Shown: positions 51,826-62,568, numbered from the stretch's first letter. The stretch: 64,000 bases of DNA from an uncultured Candidatus Rokubacteria bacterium (GCA_963789955.1 CAWBMV010000016.1:50049-114048); one strand, 5' to 3'. Notes: generated from the letters alone by a model not told the origin. Numbers and translations are program-made.

Positions 51826-53553
51826 ATGTTCCTGCGCGATAAAACGCGTCGGCGTATGATCCTGCAATCCGTCGTGTACATCCTGCTGGCGCTGGGTCTC
51901 CTGCTGTTCGTCCCCAAGCTCGGCATGCCCCTGCTCGACCCGGACGAGGGCCTCTACGCCGACATCGCGCGGGAGATGCTGGCGTGCGGCGACTGGGTGA
52001 TCCCCCATATCAACGGGCTCCCGTATCTCGAGAAGCCGCCCCTCTACTTCTGGCTCACCGCGCTGACTTTCCAGCTGTTCGGCCCGTCGGAATGGGCGAC
52101 CCGGCTCTGGTCGGCGATATCCGCGCTCGGCACGGTGCTCCTGACGTGGCGCATCGGACGCCGGCTCTACGGGGGGTCGGCAGGGCTGCTGGCCGGCGTC
52201 GTCGTGGCGACGGTGGTCGGCAACGCGCTCTACGTTCGGCGGGCGTCGACGGATCAGCTGTTCGTCTTCTGTCTCACGCTCGCGATCTACGGATTCCTCC
52301 GCGATGCCGAGCGCCCGGACCGGGGGCGCGCGCGATTCTTGCTCTTCTATGTCGGCGCGGCGCTCGCTGTGCTGGCCAAGGGGTTCATCGGCGTCGTGTT
52401 CCCGGTGCTGATCGTCGGGGTCGCCCTGGTCACGGTGCGACGGCTCGGGTGGCGCGAGCTCAATCTGGCCCGGGGCGCCGCCTTGTTCGCTGCGATCGCG
52501 GTCCCCTGGCACGCGCTCGTGGCCTGGCGTTCACCGGCGCTGTTCAACTTCTACGTCGTGGACAATCACCTGCTGCGGTTTCTCGACGCGCGCCGCTATG
52601 TGGAAGACGACGTGCCGAGCTCGACCCCGGCCTTCCTCATCGCGAGCTTCCTCTGGGCCTTTCCGTGGAGTGTCTTCACTCTCGCGCGCCGGGAGCCTGA
52701 TCGATCCCCCCGGGCGCGGTGGCGGCCGGTCGTCGCGATCTGGCTGGTCGCCATCGTCGGGGTCTTCGCCCTGTCGCGGTTCAAGCACGAGTACTACGCG
52801 CTCCCGGCATTTCCCGCGCTGGCCGTCCTCGTCGGGGCGGCGTGGACGAGCGGGCGCGATATCGGGCGCTGGCTCGTCGTCGGGCTCGTCGGGTGCGGCG
52901 CCGTCGGGCTCTGGGCCCTCTGGGTCGGCGCCGGCCTGACTGCCGCGCAGGCGTTGAGTGGTCTGGCGGAGCTCAACGCCTACTACCGCATCCTGCGCGA
53001 CCAGGGCGCGCCATTCCCTTTTCCCTCGGCCCAGCCCTTCGGCCAGCTGCTGCAAGGGCTGGGGCTCGTCCTCCTCGTGGGCTGGGGGCTGGCGACTCTC
53101 TGCTGGTTCCGGACCCGGCGGTGGGGGGCGTTCGTGGCGCTGGTCGGCACCGCGAGCGCGATCACGGTGCTGATATTCAGGCTCCTGGACGTCGTCGAGC
53201 CGATCCATTCGGTCAAGGAGACGGCACGGGTCATCACCGAACAGGCGGGCGCGGCCGATGTGCTCGTGGTCGAGGGAACGCTCGAATACAGTCCGGCGTT
53301 GCCTTTCTACACTCGCCGCCGGTTCGCGATGGTGAACGGCGCGCTCAACTACTTTTCGATCGCCGCGTCGCTCCCTGAAGCCCGCGGGCTCTTTCTGAAC
53401 ACGGCGGATCTCGTCCGTCTCTGGGAAGGGCCGCAGCGCGTCTTCCTCGTCGTCCGTCGGCCGCGCAGCGAGAGCGTCGTCGCCGCACTTCCGGCCTCGC
53501 GCGTTCACGAAGTGGGACGCTACGGCTCTCGCTGGCTCTACTCGAATCGCTAG
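51826..53553 (+). CDS. arnT: ArnT/PMT-family polyprenyl-phosphate-sugar transferase
   Basis: DPDEGLYA, YLEKPPLYFW, EWATRL, LAKG, PWS and YALPAFP motifs; about 13 TM helices. Confidence 0.88.
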   Translation: MFLRDKTRRRMILQSVVYILLALGLLLFVPKLGMPLLDPDEGLYADIAREMLACGDWVIPHINGLPYLEKPPLYFWLTALTFQLFGPSEWATRLWSAISALGTVLLTWRIGRRLYGGSAGLLAGVVVATVVGNALYVRRASTDQLFVFCLTLAIYGFLRDAERPDRGRARFLLFYVGAALAVLAKGFIGVVFPVLIVGVALVTVRRLGWRELNLARGAALFAAIAVPWHALVAWRSPALFNFYVVDNHLLRFLDARRYVEDDVPSSTPAFLIASFLWAFPWSVFTLARREPDRSPRARWRPVVAIWLVAIVGVFALSRFKHEYYALPAFPALAVLVGAAWTSGRDIGRWLVVGLVGCGAVGLWALWVGAGLTAAQALSGLAELNAYYRILRDQGAPFPFPSAQPFGQLLQGLGLVLLVGWGLATLCWFRTRRWGAFVALVGTASAITVLIFRLLDVVEPIHSVKETARVITEQAGAADVLVVEGTLEYSPALPFYTRRRFAMVNGALNYFSIAASLPEARGLFLNTADLVRLWEGPQRVFLVVRRPRSESVVAALPASRVHEVGRYGSRWLYSNR

Positions 53554-53614
53554 ATCGGCGCAGAATCGAAGAAACCAACATCGAGCTCTCGCAAAGTTGT
53601 GAGAGCTTTAGATT

Positions 53615-53628
53615 TCTCAATCTTGAAA
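53615..53628 (+). promoter_or_regulatory. Putative enhancer-binding-protein site
   Basis: TCTCA-ATCT-TGAAA, ending 150 bp upstream of the -24 GG; resembles the site at 56027. Confidence 0.4.
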
Positions 53629-53776
53629 TGTCAAAATAGTCCGGCGCATTGTCGAACCGACGAGGACGTGACACCCAGTCATCGTTTAAGTCTGCGATTC
53701 TCACTTTGAATAGCGACGTGAGTTCCCTACGATTCATAGGTACTTAGAACGGTTCTGACTCGAATCTCGCCACGCT

Positions 53777-53792
53777 TGGCACCTCCCGTGCA
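53777..53792 (+). promoter_or_regulatory. Sigma54-type (-24/-12) promoter
   Basis: TGGCAC-CTCCC-GTGCA with canonical GG-N10-GC spacing just upstream of the riboswitch. Confidence 0.65.
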
Positions 53793-53815
53793 AAATCTTC
53801 TTCTCACAGGGAAGA

Positions 53816-53906
53816 CCCCTTCTCGATAAGGGCAAACTCGTCGCGAGACGGGGACGCAAAGCCACGGGTCAGGTAGAGCCTGATAGCCGGGCTACCGAAG
53901 GAGGGG
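53816..53906 (+). ncRNA. Cyclic di-GMP-I (GEMM-I) riboswitch
   Basis: GGGCAAAC..GCGA loop..GGGACGCAAAGCC..GGGTC..GATAGCCGGGCTACCGA, closed by P1 CCCCTTCTCG / CGAAGGAGGGG. Confidence 0.92.
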
Positions 53907-53954
53907 TGGCGATCACCCCCCGGGACCGGTGGTCTTCCTCAAGGGAGATCACGC

Positions 53955-55697
53955 ATGTTCGATCGGCGGTGGCTCCTGCGTCTGACTGCGGGTGTGGTTC
54001 TGGGCCTGGTTGCAGTTTTCGGTGCGGCCGTTCCGGCGAGCGCCGGAGTGTTGGATGCAACATGGACCGCTCCCACGACGAACTCCGACGGGAGCGCGTT
54101 GTCCGATCTCGGGTCCTATCGCATCTACTATTCGACCTCGGCCACGCCCTGTCCGGGTCCGACCTTCTTCACGGTCGCCTCCTCGACCACCGCTCCGGCG
54201 CCGAATCAAACAGTTAGCTTCCGCCTCACCGGCCTGACGACCGGCTTGACCTACAACGTCGCCGTCAGCGCCGTCGACACCAGCGGCAACGAGAGCGCGT
54301 GTTCGACTGTGGCCAGCGCCGTCGCCCAGGTCGACTTCGCCGTCACGCCGACCACCACGGTGGCGTTCGGCAACGTCAACATCGGAACCTCCGCCACCCA
54401 GACGTTCACCGTGCAGAACACACGCGGCGGCACGGTCACCGGCACGGCTTCGGTCGGAGCGCCGTTCGGTATCGTTTCAGGCAGTCCCTTCACCCTCGTC
54501 GGATCCGGCACGACCGCGACAGTGACCGTACGATTCACGCCAACCAGCACGGCGGCCGCAAGCACCAACGTCAACTTCACGGCCGACGGCGATACGCAGT
54601 CGCGCCTCGTGACGGGCACCGGCGTGTCGACCGGCGGGACCACGTTGACAGTGTCCAAAGCCGGCGCCGGCAGCGGCACAGTGACGAGCGCCCCGGCGGG
54701 CATCTCGTGCGGCGCGACCTGCTCCGCTTCGTTCACGAGCGGCTCGTCGGTCACTCTGACGGCCGCCGCGGGGGCCGGGTCGACGTTCACCGGCTGGAGC
54801 GGCGGCGCCTGCACGGGCACCGGCTCCTGCACCGTCACGATGAACGCGGCGACCTCTGTCACCGCCACCTTCATGCAGTCGTCCTTCACGCTGACCGTGG
54901 CGAAATCCGGGAACGGCACCGGAACCGTCACCAGCTCGCCGGCCGGCATCTCCTGCGGAGCCACCTGCTCCCAGGCCTTCACGAGCGGCACCATGGTCAC
55001 CTTGACCGCGGCGCCCTCGGCCGGCTCCACGTTCACGGGCTGGAGCGGCGGCGGCTGCACCGGCACCGGTACCTGCACCGTCACGATCAACGCGGCGACT
55101 TCGGTCACGGCCACGTTCATCTTGCCGTCCTTTACGCTCACCGTGACCAAGTCGGGCGCCGGTAGCGGCACCGTTACCAGTACGCCCGCCGGCATTTCTT
55201 GCGGCGCCACCTGCTCGGCCTCGTTCACGAGCGGCGCCGCCGTCAGCCTCACCGCCGCGCCGGCCACGGGCTCCACCTTCACGGGCTGGAGCGGCGCCTG
55301 CACGGGGACCGGAGCCTGCAGCGTCACCATGAGCGCTGCGCGGGCCGTCACCGCGACCTTCGCCATCACCAGCACGAGCTTCACCGACAACCCGCTGGTT
55401 GCCCAGACCACCGTCGTGAAGGCAGTACACATCGTCGAGCTGCGGACGGCGATCAATGCGGCTCGGACGCGCAACGGTCTCGCGGCAGCCACCTGGACCG
55501 ATCCGACGCTCACGGCCGGATCGACCACGCTCAAGGTGGTGCACATCGCCGAGCTGCGCAGCGCGCTGAACCAGGTCTACACGAAGCTGGCCAGAACGCT
55601 GCCGACGTACACCGACCCGACGCTCCTCGCCGGCCAAACCGTCTCCAAGGCGGCGCACGTGCAGGAGCTTCGCACCGCCGTCAACGCGCTGCCGTAG
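53955..55697 (+). CDS. Secreted adhesin-like protein: FN3 + Ig-like domain + 3 InlB-B-like repeats + C-terminal KAxHIxELR repeats
   Basis: Signal peptide ASA-G; W.AP..Y.IYY FN3; 82-aa GxGTVTS.PAGISCGATC..FTGWSG repeats. Confidence 0.85.
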   Translation: MFDRRWLLRLTAGVVLGLVAVFGAAVPASAGVLDATWTAPTTNSDGSALSDLGSYRIYYSTSATPCPGPTFFTVASSTTAPAPNQTVSFRLTGLTTGLTYNVAVSAVDTSGNESACSTVASAVAQVDFAVTPTTTVAFGNVNIGTSATQTFTVQNTRGGTVTGTASVGAPFGIVSGSPFTLVGSGTTATVTVRFTPTSTAAASTNVNFTADGDTQSRLVTGTGVSTGGTTLTVSKAGAGSGTVTSAPAGISCGATCSASFTSGSSVTLTAAAGAGSTFTGWSGGACTGTGSCTVTMNAATSVTATFMQSSFTLTVAKSGNGTGTVTSSPAGISCGATCSQAFTSGTMVTLTAAPSAGSTFTGWSGGGCTGTGTCTVTINAATSVTATFILPSFTLTVTKSGAGSGTVTSTPAGISCGATCSASFTSGAAVSLTAAPATGSTFTGWSGACTGTGACSVTMSAARAVTATFAITSTSFTDNPLVAQTTVVKAVHIVELRTAINAARTRNGLAAATWTDPTLTAGSTTLKVVHIAELRSALNQVYTKLARTLPTYTDPTLLAGQTVSKAAHVQELRTAVNALP

Positions 55698-55717
55698 CGC
55701 CGGCCCGATCTGGCGAA

Positions 55718-55755
55718 GAGGCGCAGGGTCCTCCGTGAAGAAGGCCCTGCGCCTC
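55718..55755 (+). terminator. Stem-loop downstream of the first adhesin gene
   Basis: GAGGCGCAGGG / CCCTGCGCCTC stem; no U-tract. Confidence 0.4.
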
Positions 55756-56026
55756 AGCCAGCGACGAGCGCCGGATCGCACTCCGTAAAGCCGATCCCAG
55801 CGTCCTGATCGGGCTCCGTTCGAATCGCTCGCGCACGATCTCCTCGAATCCGAGAGCTACCGTCCTGCCGATCGACGCAATGGGCGCGTCTGCCCATCGA
55901 ATCCGCCATCACCGACGTCGTCGTCGCCCCGATCAGCTCGCCGTGGCGCCAACGCTCGCGGGCTCGCGCGAAACCCAACGCGATCGTGCGCGTGACTCTC
56001 ACCGAGAAGATCACGCGCGTCGCGAC

Positions 56027-56040
56027 TCTCAAAAATGAGA
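56027..56040 (+). promoter_or_regulatory. Putative enhancer-binding-protein site
   Basis: Palindromic half-sites TCTCA-AAAA-TGAGA, ending 148 bp upstream of the -24 GG. Confidence 0.45.
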
Positions 56041-56186
56041 TGCCACATTCGCTGGCGTGTTGGCGTAAGTGACGAGCATCTGACAGTCGACGCGTGTGCC
56101 GTTTAGGTCTCGCGCTCGCCGAGGCGATCGAGTTGGCTCCAGTTCCCGATCACTTAACCGCGATGTGACGCGCATCGCGCATCGCG

Positions 56187-56202
56187 TGGCACTGGCTGTG
56201 CA
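56187..56202 (+). promoter_or_regulatory. Sigma54-type (-24/-12) promoter
   Basis: TGGCAC-TGGCT-GTGCA, GG-N10-GC; same half-sites as 53777. Confidence 0.6.
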
Positions 56203-56219
56203 CCGCGTGCAACGCACAT

Positions 56220-59200
56220 ATGCGTGGGCGATTGACTCTCGGACTAGCGATCGCTGCAATGCTCTTCGCGGTGAATCAGAGCGCGGCCGGCGTTCTGGAC
56301 GCTTCATGGACCGCTCCGACCACCAACTCCGATGGAAGCCCCCTCAACGACCTGGGGCTCTATCGCGTGTACTACAGCACCTCGGCGTCGCCGTGTCCGG
56401 GCGCCACCTTCTTTCCAGTCGCCACTTCGACAACGACGCCACCGGCAAATCAGACGGTCAACTTCCGACTCACGGGGCTGACGACCGGCTCGACCTACAA
56501 CGTCGCGATCACCGCCGTGGACACCTCCGGCAACGAGAGCGGCTGCTCGGGCGTCGCCAGTGGCGTCGCGCAAGTCGATATCGCCGTCACGCCCACGACC
56601 ACCGTGAATTTCGGCAGCGTCAATATCGGCAGCTCGGCCACCCAGACGTTCACCGTGCAGAGCACGCGCAGCGGCACCATCACCGGCACGGCGTCGGTTC
56701 CCGCGCCCTTCAGCATCGTGTCCGGCAGTCCGTTCACACTCGTCGGCTCCGGCGCGACCGCGACCGTGACCGTGAGATTCACGCCGACGAGCACCGCAGC
56801 CGCCAGCACCAACGTCAACTTCACGGCCGACGGCGACACGCTGTCGCGGTTGGTCACTGGTACGGGCGCGTCGGTGAGCTCGACCTTGACGGTCTCGAAG
56901 TCAGGCGCGGGCACCGGAACGGTGACGAGCAGCCCCGCCGGGATTTCGTGCGGCGCGACGTGCTCGGCTTCCTTCGCGACCGGCACCGCCGTTACCCTGA
57001 CCGCTTCGCCGGCCACCGGCTCCACCTTCACCGGCTGGAGCGGCGCCGGCTGCACGGGCACCGGCTCCTGCACTGTGACCATGAGCGCGGCCCAGGCCGT
57101 GACGGCGACCTTCGCCCTTCCGAGCTTCTCACTCACTGTGAGCAAGGCCGGCGCGGGCGCCGGAACCATCTCCAGCACGCCGGCCGGCATCTCCTGCGGG
57201 GCGACCTGCTCCGCCTCGTTCGCGAGCGGTAGCGCCGTCAGCTTGACCGCGACACCGGCCGCCGGATCCACCTTCACCGGCTGGAGCGGCGGCGGCTGCA
57301 CCGGCACCGGCACTTGTACCGTCACGATGAACGCGGCCGCCTCCGTCACCGCGACGTTCGTGCAGTCCTCGTTCACGCTCACCGTCGCGAAGTCGGGTGC
57401 CGGCAGCGGCAGCATCACCAGCGCACCCGCCGGTATCACCTGCGGCGCGACCTGCTCGACCGGCTTCACGACCGGTACCGTGGTGACCCTGACCGCGACG
57501 CCTGCCGCCGGCTCGACGTTCACCGGCTGGAGCGGTGGTGGCTGCACCGGCACCGGCACGTGCAGCGTGACGGTGAGCGCCGCCACGTCGGTCACCGCGA
57601 CGTTCGCTCTTCAGCCCTTCACACTCGCGATCACGAAGGCCGGCACCGGCACGGGCACCGTCTCCAGCGCGCCCGCCGGCATCACCTGCGGCGCGACCTG
57701 CTCCGCCACCTTCGCCAGCGGTACCGCCGTCACCCTCACCGCCACGCCCGCCGCCGGCTCGACCTTCACCGGCTGGAGCGGCGGCGGCTGCACCGGCACC
57801 GGCGACCTGCACCGTCACCTTGAGCGCGGCCCAGACCGTGACCGCGACCTTCGCCCTGCAGCCCTTCACACTCGCGATCACCACGGCCGGCACCGGCACC
57901 GGAACCGTCTCCAGCGCGCCCGCCGGCATCACCTGCGGCACGACCTGCTCTGCCGCCTTCGCCAGCGGCACGGCCGTCACCCTGACCGCCACGCCCGCCG
58001 CCGGCTCGACGTTCACCGGCTGGAGCGGCGGCGGCTGCACCGGCACCGGCACCTGCGCCGTCACCATGAGCGCGGCACCACCGTGACCGCGACCTTCGCC
58101 CTGCAGCCCTTCACGCTCGACCGTCACGCAAGGCCGGCACCGGCACGCGGCACCGTCACCAGCGCGCCCGCCGGCATCACCTGCGGCGCGACCTGCTCCG
58201 CCGCGTTCGCGAGCGGCACAGCCGTCACGCTGACCGCGACCCCGGCCGCCGGCTCGACCTTCACCGGCTGGAGCGGCGGCGGCTGCACCGGCACCGGCAC
58301 CTGCACCGTCACGCTGACCGCGGCCGACCTCCGTCACCGCGACGTTCGCCTGCAGTCCTCGTTCACGCTCACCGTCGCGAAGTCGGGCGCCGGCAGCGGC
58401 ACCGTCACCAGCGCGCCCGCCGGCATCACCTGCGGCGCGACCTGCTCGACCGGCTTCACGACCGGCACCGCGGTCACCCTCACCGCCACGCCTGCCGCCG
58501 GCTCGACGTTCACCGGCTGGAGCGGCGGCGGCTGCACCGGCACCGGCACGTGCACCGTCACCATGAGCGCGGCACCAGCCGTGACCGCGACGTTCGCCCT
58601 ACAGCCCTTCACGCTCGCCGATCACCACGGCCGGCGCCGGCACCGGGACCGTCTCCAGCGCGCCCGCCGGCATCACCTGCGGCGCGACCTGCTCCGCCGC
58701 GTTCGCCAGCGGCACCGCCGTCACCCTGACCGCCACGCCCGCAGCGGGCTCGACCTTCGCCGGCTGGAGCGGCGGCGGCTGCACCGGCACCGGCACGTGC
58801 AGCGTCGACGGTGACCGCCGCGACGACGGTCACCGCCACCTTCGCTGCAGTCGTCCTTCGCGCTCACCGTGACGCAAGGCGGGGACCGGCAGCGGCACGG
58901 TCACCAGCGCGCCCGCCGGCATCACCTGCGGCGCGACCTGCTCGACCGCGTTCCCGACGGGCACCGTCGTCACGCTGACCGCCACGCCCGCCGCCGGCTC
59001 GACCTTCACCGGCTGGAGCGGCGGCGGCTGCACCGGCACCGGCACGTGCGTCGTGACGGTGAGCCGCCGCCACGACGGTCACCGCGACGTTCGCTCTTCA
59101 GCCCGTCACGCTCACGATCACGCAAGGCCGGCACCGGCACCGGCACCGTCACCAGCGCGCCCGCCGGCATCACCTGCGGCGCGACCTGCTCCGCCACCTT

Positions 59201-60909
59201 CGCCAGCGGCACCGCCGTCACCCTGACCGCGACCCCGGCGGCCGGCTCGACGTTCACCGGCTGGAGCGGCGGCGGCTGCACCGGCACCGGCACCTGCGCC
59301 GTCACCATGAGCGCGGCACCAGGCCGTGACCGCGACCTTCGCCCTGCAGCCCTTCACACTCGCGATCACCAAGGCCGGCACCGGCAGCGGCACCGTCTCC
59401 AGCGCGCCCGCCGGCATCACCTGCGGCGCGACCTGCTCCGCCGCCTTCGCCAGCGGCACCGCCGTCACCCTGACCGCCACGCCCGCGGCCGGCTCGACGT
59501 TCACCGGCTGGAGCGGCGGCGGCTGCACCGGCACCGGGACCTGCGCCGTCACCATGAGCGCGGCCCAGGCCGTGACCGCGACGTTCGCCCTGCAGCCCTT
59601 CACACTCACGATCACGAAGGCCGGCACCGGCACCGGAACCGTCACCAGCGCGCCCGCCGGCATCACCTGCGGCGCGACTTGCTCCGCCACCTTCGCCAGC
59701 GGGACGGCCGTCACCCTGACCGCCACTCCCGGCGCCGGCTCGACGTTCACCGGCTGGAGCGGCGGCGGCTGCACCGGCACCGGGACCTGCGCCGTCACCA
59801 TGAGCGCGGCCCAGGCCGTGACCGCCACGTTCGCCCTGCAGCCCTTCACACTCACGATCACGAAGGCCGGCACCGGCATCGGAACCGTCTCCAGCGCGCC
59901 CGCCGGCATCTCCTGCGGCGCGACTTGCTCCGCCGCTTTCGCCAGCGGGACGGCCGTCACCTTGACCGCCACACCGGCCGCCGGCTCGACGTTCACCGGC
60001 TGGAGCGGCGGTGGCTGCACCGGCACCGGTACGTGCAGCGTGACAGTGAGCGCCGCGACGTCGGTCACCGCGACCTTCGTGCAGTCGTCCTTCGCACTCA
60101 CCGTGACGAAGGCGGGGAACGGCACCGGTACCGTCACCAGCGCGCCCGCCGGTATCGCCTGCGGCGCGACCTGCTCGACCGCGTTCACGACGGGTACCGT
60201 CGTCACCTTGACGGCTACGCCGACCACCGGCACGACGTTCTCGGGCTGGAGTGGCGGTGGATGCACGGGCACGGGCGCCTGCACCGTCACGCTCAACGCG
60301 GCCACGTCGGTCACGGCGACGTTCATCTTGCCGTCGTCCTTCGCGCTCACCGTGACCAAGTCCGGGACGGGGACGGGCACCGTCACCAGCGCGCCCGCCG
60401 GCATCTCCTGCGGCGCGACCTGCGCGGCCTCGTTCACCAGCGGCACCGCCGTCACGTTGACGGCCACGCCGGGAACGGGTTCCACCTTCACGGGCTGGAG
60501 CGGTGCCTGCACGGGGACCGGCGCCTGCAGCGTCACCATGGGCGCGGCGGCGGCAGTCACGGCGAGCTTTGCCACCAGCGCCGGCGGCGGCTTCACCGAC
60601 AATCCGCTCGTTGTCGGGACTACCGTCGAAAAGGCGACGCATATCAATGAGCTGCGCACGGCGATCAACGCGGCCCGGACGCGCAATGGGCTCGCGGCTG
60701 CCGCGTGGACGGATCCGACCTTGACGGCGGGGTCGACCGTGATCAAGGCGGTTCACATCACGGAGCTGCGGACCGCGGTGAACGCGGTCTACACGAAGCT
60801 GGGAAGAACGCTTCCCACGTACACGGACCCGACGATCGTACCGGGCCAGACCGCGTCCAAAGCTGCGCACGTCCAGGAGCTGCGCACCGCCGTCAACGCC
60901 CTGCCGTAG
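56220..60909 (+). CDS. Giant paralog of the upstream adhesin with about 15 InlB-B-like repeats (frameshifts in the repeat core)
   Basis: N- and C-terminal domains nearly identical to 53955..55697; 15 CG(A/T)TC units counted between ~56950 and ~60420. Confidence 0.85.
56885..60580 (+). repeat. Intragenic tandem array of ~246-bp units (about 15)
   Basis: Recurrent CCCGCCGGCATCACCTGCGGCGCGACCTGCTC and TTCACCGGCTGGAGCGGCGGCGGCTGCACC. Confidence 0.9.
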
Positions 60910-60978
60910 GCCCACAGAGGAACGGTCTCGGTTTTCTTGACTCGCTCGGCTGGGGGGCGCTAGCGTGAAAGTCTGGCG

Positions 60979-61752
60979 ATGCGCACCTTCCTCTACTACC
61001 TCTACGGGCGACTTCTGCTGCGACAGGTCCGCGGACGAGACGTCCCGCGGCACCTGGGCATCATCCTCGACGGCAACCGTCGCTACGCGCTCGAGCGCGG
61101 TGTCCCCGACATCCGCGAGGCGTACGCGCTGGGCGCCGAGAAGCTCGACGAGGTGCTGGAGTGGTGTGCCGAGACCGGGATCCGCGCGGTAAGTCTCTGG
61201 GTCTTCTCGACCGACAATTTTCACCGATCGGCGACGGAGGTCTCAGGAATTCTGTCGGCGGTCGAGTCCAAGCTCACTCGGCTCGCTCGCCATCCGAGCT
61301 CGCATCGCCTCGGCCTCCGCGTCCGAGCCGTCGGAAAGCTCGATCTCCTGCCGGACTCGACGCTCGCGGCTATCCGCGACGCCGAGGAAGCGACCGCGGG
61401 CAATCGGGCGATGGTCCTGACGTTCGCGGTGGCCTACGGAGGGCGCCAGGAGATCATCGACGCCGTCCAGGCGATGCTCCGCGAGAAGAGCAAGCAGGGC
61501 GAGGATCTCCAGACGATCATCGACGGCGTGACGGAGGAAACGATCGCCCAGTACCTCTATGCGCCCGACCTGCCCGACCCGGACCTCATCATTCGCACGA
61601 GCGGCGAGATCCGACTGTCCGGCTTCCTCTTGTGGCAGAGCGCGTACAGCGAGTTCTATTTTTGCGACGCGCACTGGCCGGCTTTCCGCAAGGTGGACTT
61701 TCTCCGCGCCGTTCGCGCGTACCAGCAGCGCGTGCGGCGCTTCGGCAGCTGA
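60979..61752 (+). CDS. uppS: cis-isoprenyl diphosphate synthase (UppS family)
   Basis: HLGIILDGNRR, FSTDNF, YGGR and PDLIIRTSGEIRLSGFLLWQSAYSE motifs. Confidence 0.9.
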   Translation: MRTFLYYLYGRLLLRQVRGRDVPRHLGIILDGNRRYALERGVPDIREAYALGAEKLDEVLEWCAETGIRAVSLWVFSTDNFHRSATEVSGILSAVESKLTRLARHPSSHRLGLRVRAVGKLDLLPDSTLAAIRDAEEATAGNRAMVLTFAVAYGGRQEIIDAVQAMLREKSKQGEDLQTIIDGVTEETIAQYLYAPDLPDPDLIIRTSGEIRLSGFLLWQSAYSEFYFCDAHWPAFRKVDFLRAVRAYQQRVRRFGS

Positions 61753-61815
61753 GCGCCTCGAGCCCTCACGGTTCCCCGCCGTCCTGGTCCGTTCTGCGCT
61801 AAGCTTGCGCCTGTC

Positions 61816-62568
61816 ATGAGACTCGCGGGAAAGGTCGCGTTGATCAGTGGAGGCTCGCGCGGCATGGGCGCCGCCGAGGCGCGGCTGTTCGCGCGGGAAG
61901 GCGCCCAGATCGTCGTCGGTGACGTGCTCGAAGCCGAGGGCCGGGGTGTCGAGGCGGAGATCAACGCGAAGGGCGGCAAGGCCGTCTTCGTGCATCTCGA
62001 CGTCACGAGTGAGGCCGACTGGCAGAAGGCCGTCGGCGCCGCCCAGAGCCACTTCGGGCGGTTGAACGTCCTCGTGAACAACGCGGGCATCGGTGGCGGA
62101 GGGCGCATCGAGGACACCACCGTCGAGGACTGGGATCGCATGATGGCGATCAACGCCAAAGGCGTCTTCCTCGGCACCAAGACCGCGATTCCGGCCATGC
62201 GCCGGGCCGGCGGCGGCTCGATCATCAACATCTCGTCGCAGCTCGGTCTGGTGGGAACGGACAACAGCAGCCCGCAGTACCAGGCCTCGAAGGGCGCCGT
62301 CCGTCTCCTGACGAAGGCCACCGCCATCCAATACGCCCGCGAGGGTATCCGCGCGAACTCCGTCCACCCCGGGCCCATCGTCACGGCGATGACCGAGCGG
62401 CGCCGCGCCGATCCCGCCCAGCGCCAGTTGATGATTTCGAGGATCCCGCTCGGCCGTTACGGCGAGCCGGACGAGGTCGCCTATGGTGTCCTGTATCTAG
62501 CCTCGGACGAGTCCGCCTATGTCACCGGCAGCGAGCTCGTCATCGACGGGGGCTGGACCGCGCAGTAG
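61816..62568 (+). CDS. SDR oxidoreductase (hydroxysteroid/cyclopentanol dehydrogenase-like)
   Basis: SGGSRGMG, NNAG, YQASK and NSVHPG motifs. Confidence 0.88.
   Translation: MRLAGKVALISGGSRGMGAAEARLFAREGAQIVVGDVLEAEGRGVEAEINAKGGKAVFVHLDVTSEADWQKAVGAAQSHFGRLNVLVNNAGIGGGGRIEDTTVEDWDRMMAINAKGVFLGTKTAIPAMRRAGGGSIINISSQLGLVGTDNSSPQYQASKGAVRLLTKATAIQYAREGIRANSVHPGPIVTAMTERRRADPAQRQLMISRIPLGRYGEPDEVAYGVLYLASDESAYVTGSELVIDGGWTAQ

Noticed and set aside
53816..53906. 3',3'-cGAMP (GEMM-Ib) riboswitch variant
   Set aside because: The specificity position is G rather than A.
56885..60580. CRISPR-like array
   Set aside because: Units are ~246-bp coding repeats with no unique spacers, and there are no cas genes.
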